From an uncultured virus (IMG/VR IMGVR_UViG_3300025647_000017) (lineage: Duplodnaviria; Heunggongvirae; Uroviricota; Caudoviricetes), in the IMG/VR virus record IMGVR_UViG_3300025647_000017: a DNA stretch of 20,000 nucleotides, one strand, 5' to 3'. The stretch's first letter is position 1, and every line of letters starts with the position of its first letter. The notes beneath the pieces are model-generated. The model searched no databases, was not told the DNA's origin, and saw only the letters and a program-made list of their open reading frames with translations. The translations under genes were made by a program, and so were the position numbers. Shown in pieces: positions 9,698 to 17,507 of this stretch.

Positions 9698-10259
9698 TAT
9701 TTCTTCTCCCTACAACTTCAATTTGTTTCAACTCAGATACCACATCTTCAAGGTTTAATATTTTACCGTGAGCATCCCAACCTACATCCATAGTACGACC
9801 TTCAATACCAGAAGGAGAATCATGCAAGTGTCCGTGAAGCGCTATGCTACCATGATCACACTCGTTCCAATGCTTGATTGGGTAGTGCATCATACAAAGT
9901 TTAACACCATTAAATCTAAATTCCAAATAATCATAGAAAGGTACTCCCATAGCTCCTAGAACCTTCCTACAATGGTTTCCAGCAACCCAAGTTATATTGC
10001 CATTAAGTTGAGATATGATTGCCTCAGTAGCTTCTCTACCTTTAAATGAGAAGTCACCTAAGCTAATAACCTCATCATCAACACCAACTATAGAGTTCCA
10101 ATGCTCAATCAATGCTGCATTCATATCATCAACATTAGACCAAGGTCGAGTATCAGGACAGAATCGTAAGACCCCTGTATGGTAGAAATGTAAATCGCTG
10201 GTGATAAAGTATCTGGTGTCAGTGTTAGATGTATTAATTTTCTGTCCAAATTTAATCAC
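9690..10259 (-). CDS. Calcineurin-like metallophosphoesterase
   Basis: SDLHFYH, LGDFS, GNH, HYP and LHGHLH motifs; GTG start with AGGAGG SD. Confidence 0.88.
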   Translation of the reverse strand: MIKFGQKINTSNTDTRYFITSDLHFYHTGVLRFCPDTRPWSNVDDMNAALIEHWNSIVGVDDEVISLGDFSFKGREATEAIISQLNGNITWVAGNHCRKVLGAMGVPFYDYLEFRFNGVKLCMMHYPIKHWNECDHGSIALHGHLHDSPSGIEGRTMDVGWDAHGKILNLEDVVSELKQIEVVGRRNNG

Positions 10260-10291
10260 TTTGTAAAGCCTCCTATTTAAATTAGACGATA

Positions 10292-10320
10292 AATATACAA
10301 TACTTAAATCTACCTGTCAA
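10292..10320 (-). promoter_or_regulatory. Sigma70-type promoter for the phosphoesterase-ligase-kinase-NAD genes
   Basis: TTGACA (10320-10315)-17 nt-TATATT (10297-10292). Confidence 0.65.
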
Positions 10321-10370
10321 CCTATAAAATAAAACCCACACAAATTAATACATGGGCTTGATGGTTTAGT

Positions 10371-11477
10371 CTACTTATTCAGTTCAGTAATATACCATGT
10401 ACGTGCTTTAGTTGATAGGTATTTTCCCACTTCCTTCATTGTAAGGTTATTACTTTCAAGGACATCACCTTCTTCTTTATTAATGTCTTTACTTACCCAA
10501 CTAAGGAATGCACCAATTAACTTCTGGTCTTTACCTACCTCAGCTAAGCCTTGTTGTAGTCTATTCTCTGTGGCGGAATACTCTACAAACTCTTGAATTG
10601 AATTTAACTTTTCTACATTGACTGAAGCTACAGATTTAACTTTAGACACAGAATGTTTTTCACCTTTAGTTTTAAACCAATTACCACTGTCCCAGCAATG
10701 TTCATCACTAACTGGAGTCCATACTAACCCCTCTCCAAGGACTTGTGGTTTACCTGCGGCGCTCATTAGGTTAAGTTGTTTTGACACAGGACACTCAGCC
10801 TCACAAGCTTCAGTGTAACCTACTAGAGTGTTCTGGACAAACATAGGATTCTGGAAATCAATAGTGACCTTCTTTGTAGGAAAATCTATGATAGCGTAGA
10901 AACCGTCAGCTTGGGTATCATTATTAGTAAGCCCATAAGTTAGTTCTACTGGCAACCAACCTTGTTTCAGTGTTTGGTCAGTATCCCCAGCCTTGATACC
11001 AAAAATAAATAAAGACTTCTTAGGCAAGAACGAGATACCAACCGAACTCTGAATACCACTTCCACACCATTCACCTGAAATCTTAAGAGGGTATAACTCA
11101 ACACCATTGTAAGCTTTGGCAAAAGTCTTTGCTCTTTCTATAATAGTGTACAGAGAATCTAACCTACGAACCATTGTTTGAGCGAACTCAGCATTATCTG
11201 AAAGTAAAGTAAATCCTCCATTTTTAATATAACCTAGTAAATTATTCTTACTATGGAACGAAATAACCCCGTCTTCATCAACTACAATACTAGCATTAGT
11301 CCCATGTAACTTCACAGTACCAATGTATTCAATAGTAGGTGCAATAGCAAGTTCATTTAAGATAACATTACCATCTGCATCAAACCCATTAAATTTAGCT
11401 TGTTGTTGAATATTCTTAACCACATTACGGAATTGACCAGTAGAGTGGAATGAGTAGTTTGTTGGTTGTTGTGACAT
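10371..11477 (-). CDS. RNA ligase, Rnl2 family
   Basis: Motifs I KLHGTNA, III SGEWCG, IIIa FIFGI, IV GEGLVW, V FKTKGEKH. Confidence 0.82.
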   Translation of the reverse strand: MSQQPTNYSFHSTGQFRNVVKNIQQQAKFNGFDADGNVILNELAIAPTIEYIGTVKLHGTNASIVVDEDGVISFHSKNNLLGYIKNGGFTLLSDNAEFAQTMVRRLDSLYTIIERAKTFAKAYNGVELYPLKISGEWCGSGIQSSVGISFLPKKSLFIFGIKAGDTDQTLKQGWLPVELTYGLTNNDTQADGFYAIIDFPTKKVTIDFQNPMFVQNTLVGYTEACEAECPVSKQLNLMSAAGKPQVLGEGLVWTPVSDEHCWDSGNWFKTKGEKHSVSKVKSVASVNVEKLNSIQEFVEYSATENRLQQGLAEVGKDQKLIGAFLSWVSKDINKEEGDVLESNNLTMKEVGKYLSTKARTWYITELNK

Positions 11478-11524
11478 AATTTCCTCCTTATTTAATAAAA
11501 TTAATCATTCGTGTTAGTGAGATA

Positions 11525-11552
11525 ACTATATACTATATAAGAACAACGTCAA
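11525..11552 (-). promoter_or_regulatory. Sigma70-type promoter for the Rnl2-like gene
   Basis: TTGACG-16 nt-TATAGT with AT-rich sequence upstream. Confidence 0.5.
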
Positions 11553-11577
11553 CAACTATTTTTAATTTATTTAATAT

Positions 11578-11616
11578 AAAGAAGAACACCCCACTCACAT
11601 AAAGTAAGTGGGGTGT
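11578..11616 (-). terminator. Terminator after terL
   Basis: Stem acaccccact/agtggggtgt followed by a U-rich tail on the minus strand. Confidence 0.7.
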
Positions 11617-11700
11617 GTTAGGTGTGGAGGGAAAGTAGAAGATGATGAGGAAGTGGGTGTCACGTTGCGTGACAGGGGTATTAGAGATGAAGTAACTAGG

Positions 11701-12414
11701 TTACTTGATGCGGCTTCTGTGGGCAGCCAATGCCGTGGGGGAGGAGATTGTTGGTAGTGGGTAGGCTTTATGCAATTTAGTCTTTTGCAGAAAAGCCATA
11801 CAATCGCCAGCGCAGTCAACCCAGTCATCCTTGATCGATGCTGTAGATGGACTTCCATCAAAAGCTTCTAACTCTTTGTAGAAAGCCTCTAAAGTGGCTT
11901 TATTTTCAAAAGAACTTTCAACTATATGTACTAACCCATTCTGACATGCAGAAGAGAATATAGAGAAACGCTTTACTTTGCCACCTTTTACGTTACCAAC
12001 TTCAGAACCTCTTACATGAAAACCTTCATTTGTAAGCATCTTAGCTAAGTCTTCAAACTGCGCCTTACCAGCGCCACTCTCTTTAGGCAGTAATATATAA
12101 GTATCTTCTCCATCCCATTGAGCTTGTTGCAACATCCATGTATTTCTCTCGCCAAAGCGTTTCCTAAACCTACCAACTACATCAGTTTTAGGGTCTTTTA
12201 TCTCTGGGTGATAATTAGCAACTATAAAATATAGGCCGTCCTTTCTAATCATACGTACTGATGCAGAATAATCTGGATATCTATTTTTGTCACTAGGTTC
12301 AGAATGAGCTAAATCCCATGCTCTACATGCTAAACCTCCAACTGGCTCATTATCTACTTTGTGTAACCACTCCCTCTGGAATAGGTTACTCCCTTCTGGT
12401 CTTGCTAGCCAATT
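11701..12414 (-). CDS. terL: terL exon 6 (nuclease domain, 237 codons)
   Basis: NWLARPEG...RAWDLA...PDYSA...KDDWVD. Confidence 0.9.
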   Translation of the reverse strand, partial: NWLARPEGSNLFQREWLHKVDNEPVGGLACRAWDLAHSEPSDKNRYPDYSASVRMIRKDGLYFIVANYHPEIKDPKTDVVGRFRKRFGERNTWMLQQAQWDGEDTYILLPKESGAGKAQFEDLAKMLTNEGFHVRGSEVGNVKGGKVKRFSIFSSACQNGLVHIVESSFENKATLEAFYKELEAFDGSPSTASIKDDWVDCAGDCMAFLQKTKLHKAYPLPTISSPTALAAHRSRIK

Positions 12415-14297
12415 CGATTTGTTACAAAATTGTTAAATCTTGCACCTTACGGTCTCTATGTCACCATAGAAGTTCAGACTATATCTTTACCTATTAAGGT
12501 ATCTAACATTTCCACCTACTAGAAGTAAGCGTACACCATTTCTGGTTAGTCGTTGCACTACACAATTATATATTTTGCATAGCTCAGTATTGTCTCAGAG
12601 AGATATCCACTGAATTAAATAGATTTATAAAGACGGCAATTGTTCACCGTCTAGTAGTCTTGCCCTGTTAATCTTAGTCTGTGCCTTAAGTGCAGACAGA
12701 TACTTCGGATTTTGTTTGATTAGGGCTGGATTCTTAACTCCTTGTTTTATAACAAGGAGTTTGGACTATATCTTCACCTCTAAAGGTGTTCTATTTTCGA
12801 GTATAAGCACCCTACACCCTAACGGGTTAGTCTCTGAAGGTGTTAACCTATGGTTAACGTCCCTGCTGATTGTCTTTAGTTTATAAAGAGTTCCCAGCAA
12901 TTAAAAGAATTTTCACCATGAAATTACTAACATGGGCGACAATCATCTATCGAATATATTTCCCCCAATAAAACAAAACGTCATTGGAGGGACGTACACT
13001 GTCTTATCTTCAATTGGATTATACACATAACATAGGTCTGGGTATTGCTCTGCCAATGTTTCAGGATCATCTGCGAACACTGGGGTATCATCAACTACCA
13101 AGAAATATCTTATATGCCCTAATTTACTCTCATCAAACACTCCAGTTTCATCTAAATAATACTCTACCCATTGAAAAACCCAACTATCTGCATCTGGGTT
13201 GGTAGTGGCTAACATAAATGAATCACTGTCTGCAGCAGAACGCATACGTCCCATTAAATATAAAAACTGCGAACAAGTGAAGTGAGTTAGTTCATCGAAT
13301 CCGACAAAAGAATATTGTAAACCTTGCTTGTAACCTATTGATTACTATGGACTATATCACTGTCTACTTAGTAGACACTCTATTTTCGAGATTGTATTAA
13401 TCCCTACACCCTAACGGGTTAGTCTCTGAAGGTGTTAACCTAGGGTTAACGTCCCTGCTGATTGGTCACTACGTGACTATCCCAGCAATTAAAAGAGTTA
13501 TTCGAAACACATTACTGTATTAAGCCACCAAATTTTAATGGTTACCTTCCGCGTCACTTTCATGCTCAAGGTGTGTAAATTTAAGGTTGCCTCCTTTATT
13601 ACCCTCTGCACCACTGAACATGATTTCCATGTCCTTTTCTCTCACCCTTGTTCCTAGGGGTTGGTATAATTTCTTTGCCTCACTAAACAGACCACCTGCT
13701 GCTTTCAATGGAGGGGAAGTCCTACGGAACATTACCCCCTCAAAGTTGGGGTCGTTGTGAGCGTAATACCCTGCCTTCAATAAGAGTAACCTACTTTTGC
13801 CAGATCCTGCCAAACTGGACTATTATTCTTTATGTCACCATAAAGCTTAGATCATATCTTCCACATATAAGTGGCTTTCCATTTCGAGTATAAATACCCT
13901 ACACCTCTTCAGGTTGATCGTTGCACACAGTATAATTAAATACCTTCGCTCAGTATTGTCTCGTAGAGATATCCACTGAATTAGAAAAGTTGATTATCGA
14001 GGTGCCACAGGATTTACTAGCACCTCCGTAGATCATTACATCTACCTTCATTTGCGCTGCTAACGCTTGTTTCACTACCTTACGTGGATCGTTACACCAC
14101 TCTATGCATTACTGCACAAGTTGAGACTATATCTTATTACTCTATTGTTTCGAGTTCACTTGAACTCTACATCCTTTCGGATTAGTCGTTACACGTTTTT
14201 AATTCGCTAGGTATTATCCTATAAGGGACCTTCACCTAATTAAATAGATTTATAGTAGGCAAACATTACCTACTTGCGGGGATAATTCATTACTCAT
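11701..14297 (-). CDS. terL: Terminase large subunit, six exons: 14297-14268, 14072-14019, 13810-13538, 13326-12949, 12732-12646, 12414-11701; 511 aa after splicing
   Basis: Spliced product: MSNELSPQVG^KQALAAQMKVDVMIYGGA^AGSGKS (Walker A)...EGNH^QGLQYSFVGFDELTHF (Walker B)...ATTNP...NIFD^NP...RLLDG^NW...RAWDLA...DDWVD; GAGAGG SD before ATG 14297; all joins in frame. Confidence 0.93.
12415..12645 (-). mobile_element. Group I intron 5 (231 nt, ORF-less)
   Basis: P1 AGACGGU/GCCGUCU; P10 CAAUU/AAUUG; R GCAACGACUA; S AAGAUAUAGUC; terminal G at 12415. Confidence 0.92.
12646..12732 (-). CDS. terL: terL exon 5 (29 codons)
   Basis: NPALIKQNPKYLSALKAQTKINRARLLDG. Confidence 0.88.
12733..12948 (-). 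mobile_element. Group I intron 4 (216 nt, ORF-less)
   Basis: P1 CGAU/GUCG; P10 GAUU/AAUC; P, Q, R, S elements as in intron 3; terminal G at 12733. Confidence 0.92.
12949..13326 (-). CDS. terL: terL exon 4 (126 codons)
   Basis: QGLQYSFVGFDELTHF (Walker B)...ATTNP...GGNIFD. Confidence 0.9.
13327..13537 (-). mobile_element. Group I intron 3 (211 nt, ORF-less)
   Basis: P1 CCAU/GUGG; P AAUUGCUGGGA; Q AAUCAGCAGG; R UUCAGAGACUA; S GAUAUAGUCC; terminal G at 13327. Confidence 0.92.
13538..13810 (-). CDS. terL: terL exon 3 (91 codons)
   Basis: AGSGKSRLLL...MFRRT...DAEGNH. Confidence 0.9.
13811..14018 (-). mobile_element. Group I intron 2 (208 nt, ORF-less) inside Walker A
   Basis: P1 GAGGUGCU/GGCACCUC; P10 AUCCUGU/GCAGGAU; P7 GAUCA/UGAUC, a compensatory variant of GACUA/UAGUC; terminal G at 13811. 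Confidence 0.92.
14019..14072 (-). CDS. terL: terL exon 2 (18 codons)
   Basis: KQALAAQMKVDVMIYGGA, the first half of Walker A. Confidence 0.88.
14073..14267 (-). mobile_element. Group I intron 1 (195 nt, ORF-less, IA2-like)
   Basis: P1 AGUAGGU/GCCUACU with U-G at the 5' splice site; P10 UGUUU/AAACA; R GUAACGACUA; S AAGAUAUAGUC; two hairpins after P7; terminal G at 14073. Confidence 0.9.
14268..14297 (-). CDS. terL: terL exon 1 (10 codons)
   Basis: MSNELSPQVG; the start overlaps the endonuclease stop. Confidence 0.85.
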
Positions 14298-15753
14298 AAC
14301 TGTACCTCTCTTTGTATAAATCTTCTATAAAAGATATATCTATATTATTGGAGAAGATGTCAGAGATATTAGGTAATATTACATCATCATTACTCCCGTC
14401 TATAATATCATTAACCATCTCGTATAGAGTACTATCTAGGTTGAATATTTCCGTATACCCTCCGAATTTTATATTTGATTTTACCTGTAGTGGCTTGAAG
14501 AACATTTTTAAACTACTTTCAATCCTAGCACAATCTAGATATGACATCCTTCTGTAATTGAGGAATGTAAAAACAGAGTCTAGTGGTAGGTCTTTCTTGT
14601 ATGTATACTCCCTACTAGATAGGCTACTAGTAATACCTATTTTATAAACATTATCATCTAAGGAATCCACATATCCTAGGTAAAAATACCCATACTTCTT
14701 ATGGATATTAGGTATTTTCAATATAGAGGCTATAGACCACCTATTCATACCTAACTTACCACACGTAGGGCAACCAGAGTTTTTATTCTTATCCCTGTGC
14801 ATTAGAGGGGTAACATTAAACCATTCATCGTGCTGATTACACTTAAGTTTAACCTTAGTGGTATTATTTACATACTGCACTAAGGAGTAATCTAGCGCAC
14901 CATTCCCATATTCCACAATAGAATCAGAGATAAATTGGTCTTTACCTAAAAACATACCTTCCCTAGAACATTTCTGACAACCTTGCCCATTTACATGGTT
15001 ATTGGCTATAACAGAAAATTCACCATGCCCTTGTTCCTTGCAAAACACTTTAACATTTTCAACAGCATTGATATATTCAGTATTGGTGTAGTCGTATAAG
15101 TTATTATGTACCTCCATTGCCTCTTTAATAAAAGCTTCGTTGGTTTTTGTCATGGATATTTTACGATCTTCTTCTCCGCATGTAGGGCAACCTTGCCCTT
15201 GTATATGTGCAGACGGTCTCTGTTTAAAAGGGATGTTGTGTTTTGTACATAAGATCTCCATCATAGTGCGACTACAAACATAGTCCTCTACGTTATACAC
15301 ATATTTATCTCCGTGCAATGCTTTTGCTTTAGTGATGAAGACCTCACCTTCTTTTAAAATTTTACAATTACCACACCCACCATAGGGAGTATCTCTAACA
15401 GAAGATAAAGTAGATACATAGTGTCCATGTAACATACAGAACATATCTTGTTTAGAGTGTATGGTTTGGTACTCAGGGTTATCTAATACCTCATATTTAT
15501 CACCGTGAGCCTTTTCAATTAAACCCTTCTGTATTTCAAAGTTCTCTCGTCTTCGTATAGCCAATGCACAATCACCGCACCTTTGTCTTGCGTGAATATG
15601 AGAGGAAGGCATCATAGTAAACTCACCATGTATTGGGCATATAATCCTAATACTAGTCAACATAGCTATATATGGGTCTGGGTATTCATAATAGTCACCG
15701 TGGATAGCCTTCGCTTTTTCTATGAAAGTTTTAGTATTAAATTTTTCAGCCAA
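14290..15753 (-). CDS. Free-standing putative homing endonuclease: five Cys/His zinc-binding repeats plus a C-terminal GIY-YIG-like (T5orf172-type) domain
   Basis: Five ~62-70 aa repeats of the form FI.KA...HG..Y.Y...C..H..F.....H....C..C; C-terminus GYFYL...YKIGIT...R...E...GYTEIF; TTG start probably 15753 after GGAGG. Confidence 0.75.
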   Translation of the reverse strand: MAEKFNTKTFIEKAKAIHGDYYEYPDPYIAMLTSIRIICPIHGEFTMMPSSHIHARQRCGDCALAIRRRENFEIQKGLIEKAHGDKYEVLDNPEYQTIHSKQDMFCMLHGHYVSTLSSVRDTPYGGCGNCKILKEGEVFITKAKALHGDKYVYNVEDYVCSRTMMEILCTKHNIPFKQRPSAHIQGQGCPTCGEEDRKISMTKTNEAFIKEAMEVHNNLYDYTNTEYINAVENVKVFCKEQGHGEFSVIANNHVNGQGCQKCSREGMFLGKDQFISDSIVEYGNGALDYSLVQYVNNTTKVKLKCNQHDEWFNVTPLMHRDKNKNSGCPTCGKLGMNRWSIASILKIPNIHKKYGYFYLGYVDSLDDNVYKIGITSSLSSREYTYKKDLPLDSVFTFLNYRRMSYLDCARIESSLKMFFKPLQVKSNIKFGGYTEIFNLDSTLYEMVNDIIDGSNDDVILPNISDIFSNNIDISFIEDLYKERYSYE

Positions 15754-16105
15754 TAGCAACCTCCACCTTATCTACATACCACTCAACATAGTTCCCTATA
15801 TAAAAGTTTGGTATACCGTCTAACACTTCTTCCCCAAACTTATCAAACAAAGTCTTAACTTCTTTCCACTTATCTTCTTGGAATTCAGAAGCTATATAGA
15901 TTTCATTATCATAATCAGAAAGGTCATGTGATGTACCACCATACGTATAATCTATATAATCTTCCTGAATAGACGGATCTAACCCTGCAATCAACATTGA
16001 AGTTCCATGACCTACGTGCTTCATAGAGCATTCGTCTTGATCACCACATCTATCAATCTGCCATAACAATTGATTAACCTTCAAATTAGCTTGTTTCTTA
16101 TTCAT
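15746..16105 (-). CDS. Hypothetical protein
   Basis: Start reassigned to ATG 16105 (MNKKQ) after AGGAG; overlaps the start of the next gene. Confidence 0.65.
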   Translation of the reverse strand: MNKKQANLKVNQLLWQIDRCGDQDECSMKHVGHGTSMLIAGLDPSIQEDYIDYTYGGTSHDLSDYDNEIYIASEFQEDKWKEVKTLFDKFGEEVLDGIPNFYIGNYVEWYVDKVEVAIG

Positions 16106-16115
16106 ATCCTCTCCT

Positions 16116-16472
16116 TTAGTGTAGTTTATCTTTAGTACCCATATCAATCATAATACTATTAATATGAGGTATCTTATTTAATAATTCAATCAGCTTATCC
16201 AATTCTACGTACCCGTAGAGGTCGCTGACACGTTCTTTCTCTCCTCCCTCCATCATCATATCATACTCCATAATTAACTCTGCTACGCCACTCTCAGGAG
16301 TCACAGTACCATGAAATGTATCTTGATAGTGTGTGAATGAGAATCCTACTACCTCATCACCTTCTTCATCTACATACATCCCAAGTGACCACACATGGTT
16401 TAGTTTACTTAATTTATCATATGCCTCTAGTGTAGAAGGTTTGCAGCACCCATTCTTATAATCTTCTAACAT
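16116..16472 (-). CDS. Hypothetical acidic protein
   Basis: Start reassigned to ATG 16472 (MLEDYK) after AAGGAG. Confidence 0.65.
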   Translation of the reverse strand: MLEDYKNGCCKPSTLEAYDKLSKLNHVWSLGMYVDEEGDEVVGFSFTHYQDTFHGTVTPESGVAELIMEYDMMMEGGEKERVSDLYGYVELDKLIELLNKIPHINSIMIDMGTKDKLH

Positions 16473-16761
16473 TGGTAATCTCCTTAGTGTTTGGGTTGTA
16501 GGTAGCCTCAACAGTGTAGTCACTACCTTCAGAAGCAGCTTTATCCCAAGCTCTATATAACCCATTACGTTGGTCTTCAGCACTAATCTCATCTAACACT
16601 TTAACCAACTTCAAACACTGCAACTCATTCTCCCACATAATCTTAAACTCCGTTTGAAGTTCATCAATTGACAGGGTAGTGTTGCAGTACTCCTTAATTT
16701 GGTTAAGTTTATATCCAGCTTTCCAACAGAACTTTAAGTCTTCATATAGTTTAGTTTCCAC
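16456..16761 (-). CDS. Hypothetical protein carrying a terminase-nuclease-like motif
   Basis: GTG start, AGGAGG SD, 101 aa; contains RAWDKAASEGSDYTV. Confidence 0.65.
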   Translation of the reverse strand: METKLYEDLKFCWKAGYKLNQIKEYCNTTLSIDELQTEFKIMWENELQCLKLVKVLDEISAEDQRNGLYRAWDKAASEGSDYTVEATYNPNTKEITNVRRL

Positions 16762-16763
16762 AG

Positions 16764-17003
16764 TTACTTACCTCCTGTAAACAACATCACAATGGTCATA
16801 TCACCAAAGATGAACCCTGACACTGTTGCTATGATTAGTAACATACCCAACAGGAAGTCACTTGTAACATTTTCTAAGCCACTTTGTTTACTTAGGTATA
16901 ACTTTACTCCATAGCCACACCACATAGCCGCTACAATCCACCACGGAACCCATGCACCTACTATCCAACCAATTAAACATACGAAACCTATTGTGATGAC
17001 CAT
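16764..17003 (-). CDS. Small membrane protein
   Basis: Start reassigned to ATG 17003 after GGAG; two to three hydrophobic segments. Confidence 0.6.
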   Translation of the reverse strand: MVITIGFVCLIGWIVGAWVPWWIVAAMWCGYGVKLYLSKQSGLENVTSDFLLGMLLIIATVSGFIFGDMTIVMLFTGGK

Positions 17004-17004
17004 A

Positions 17005-17205
17005 CTATCTCTCCACCTTATCACAACTCACATTAAAATCATTCCCAGCACTCAAGTCATCGAATACCTCAACACCATTAATCATTAAGTAGAATCTGCC
17101 TCCATCATACCCTGTTTCAAAGGATGTAACACCTTTTGGCAATTTCACTTCTGATTCATTATTAAAACACTGGTTAGAATAATCTGTGAACACAACTTTA
17201 CTCAT
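17005..17205 (-). CDS. Hypothetical protein
   Basis: 66 aa, AAGGAG SD, first gene after a promoter. Confidence 0.65.
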   Translation of the reverse strand: MSKVVFTDYSNQCFNNESEVKLPKGVTSFETGYDGGRFYLMINGVEVFDDLSAGNDFNVSCDKVER

Positions 17206-17236
17206 AATTTTTCTCCTTCAATTAATGTAAGACCTA

Positions 17237-17265
17237 ATAGTAACTATACATTTAGTACCTGTCAA
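17237..17265 (-). promoter_or_regulatory. Sigma70-type promoter
   Basis: TTGACA (17265-17260)-17 nt-TACTAT (17242-17237). Confidence 0.7.
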
Positions 17266-17284
17266 CAACTAATCCTAAATTTTA

Positions 17285-17470
17285 GATAAAATAAATCCCG
17301 CTCTCACACTAAACGATGAGGCGGGATGAAGGAGGAATGTTCGAGAACCTATGAAGGAAGTTCTCTGGAAGGCTTTGGCAACCTTAATGCTGCTCTCATT
17401 TTAGTGTGTTGTATAGATACATATAGCAAGGAGTTACAAGGAGGGAGTAATCATCCTCACTGTATCTATA
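17285..17470 (-). ncRNA. Candidate ~185-nt small RNA or attenuator
   Basis: Own promoter (TTGCTT 17504-17499; TGA-TATAAT 17483-17475), 10-bp 5' stem (17461-17470/17412-17421), internal hairpin, terminator at 17285-17327, no ORF. Confidence 0.5.
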
Positions 17471-17507
17471 GGTAATTATATCAGATGGTTAATAGGGTAA
17501 GCAAATG

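Noticed and set aside
11595..11861. 88-aa minus-strand ORF
   Set aside because: Out-of-frame overlap with the terL 3' end and terminator; low-complexity translation
11701..14297. terL as a pseudogene, frameshifted gene or intein-containing gene
   Set aside because: The inserts contain stop codons and group I RNA signatures, and their precise removal restores conserved motifs in frame
14290..15753. One-to-one match between five zinc repeats and five introns
   Set aside because: Only a numerical coincidence; nothing in the sequence links individual repeats to individual introns
16764..17003. Holin call for the small membrane protein
   Set aside because: No endolysin or spanin nearby; hydrophobicity alone is insufficient
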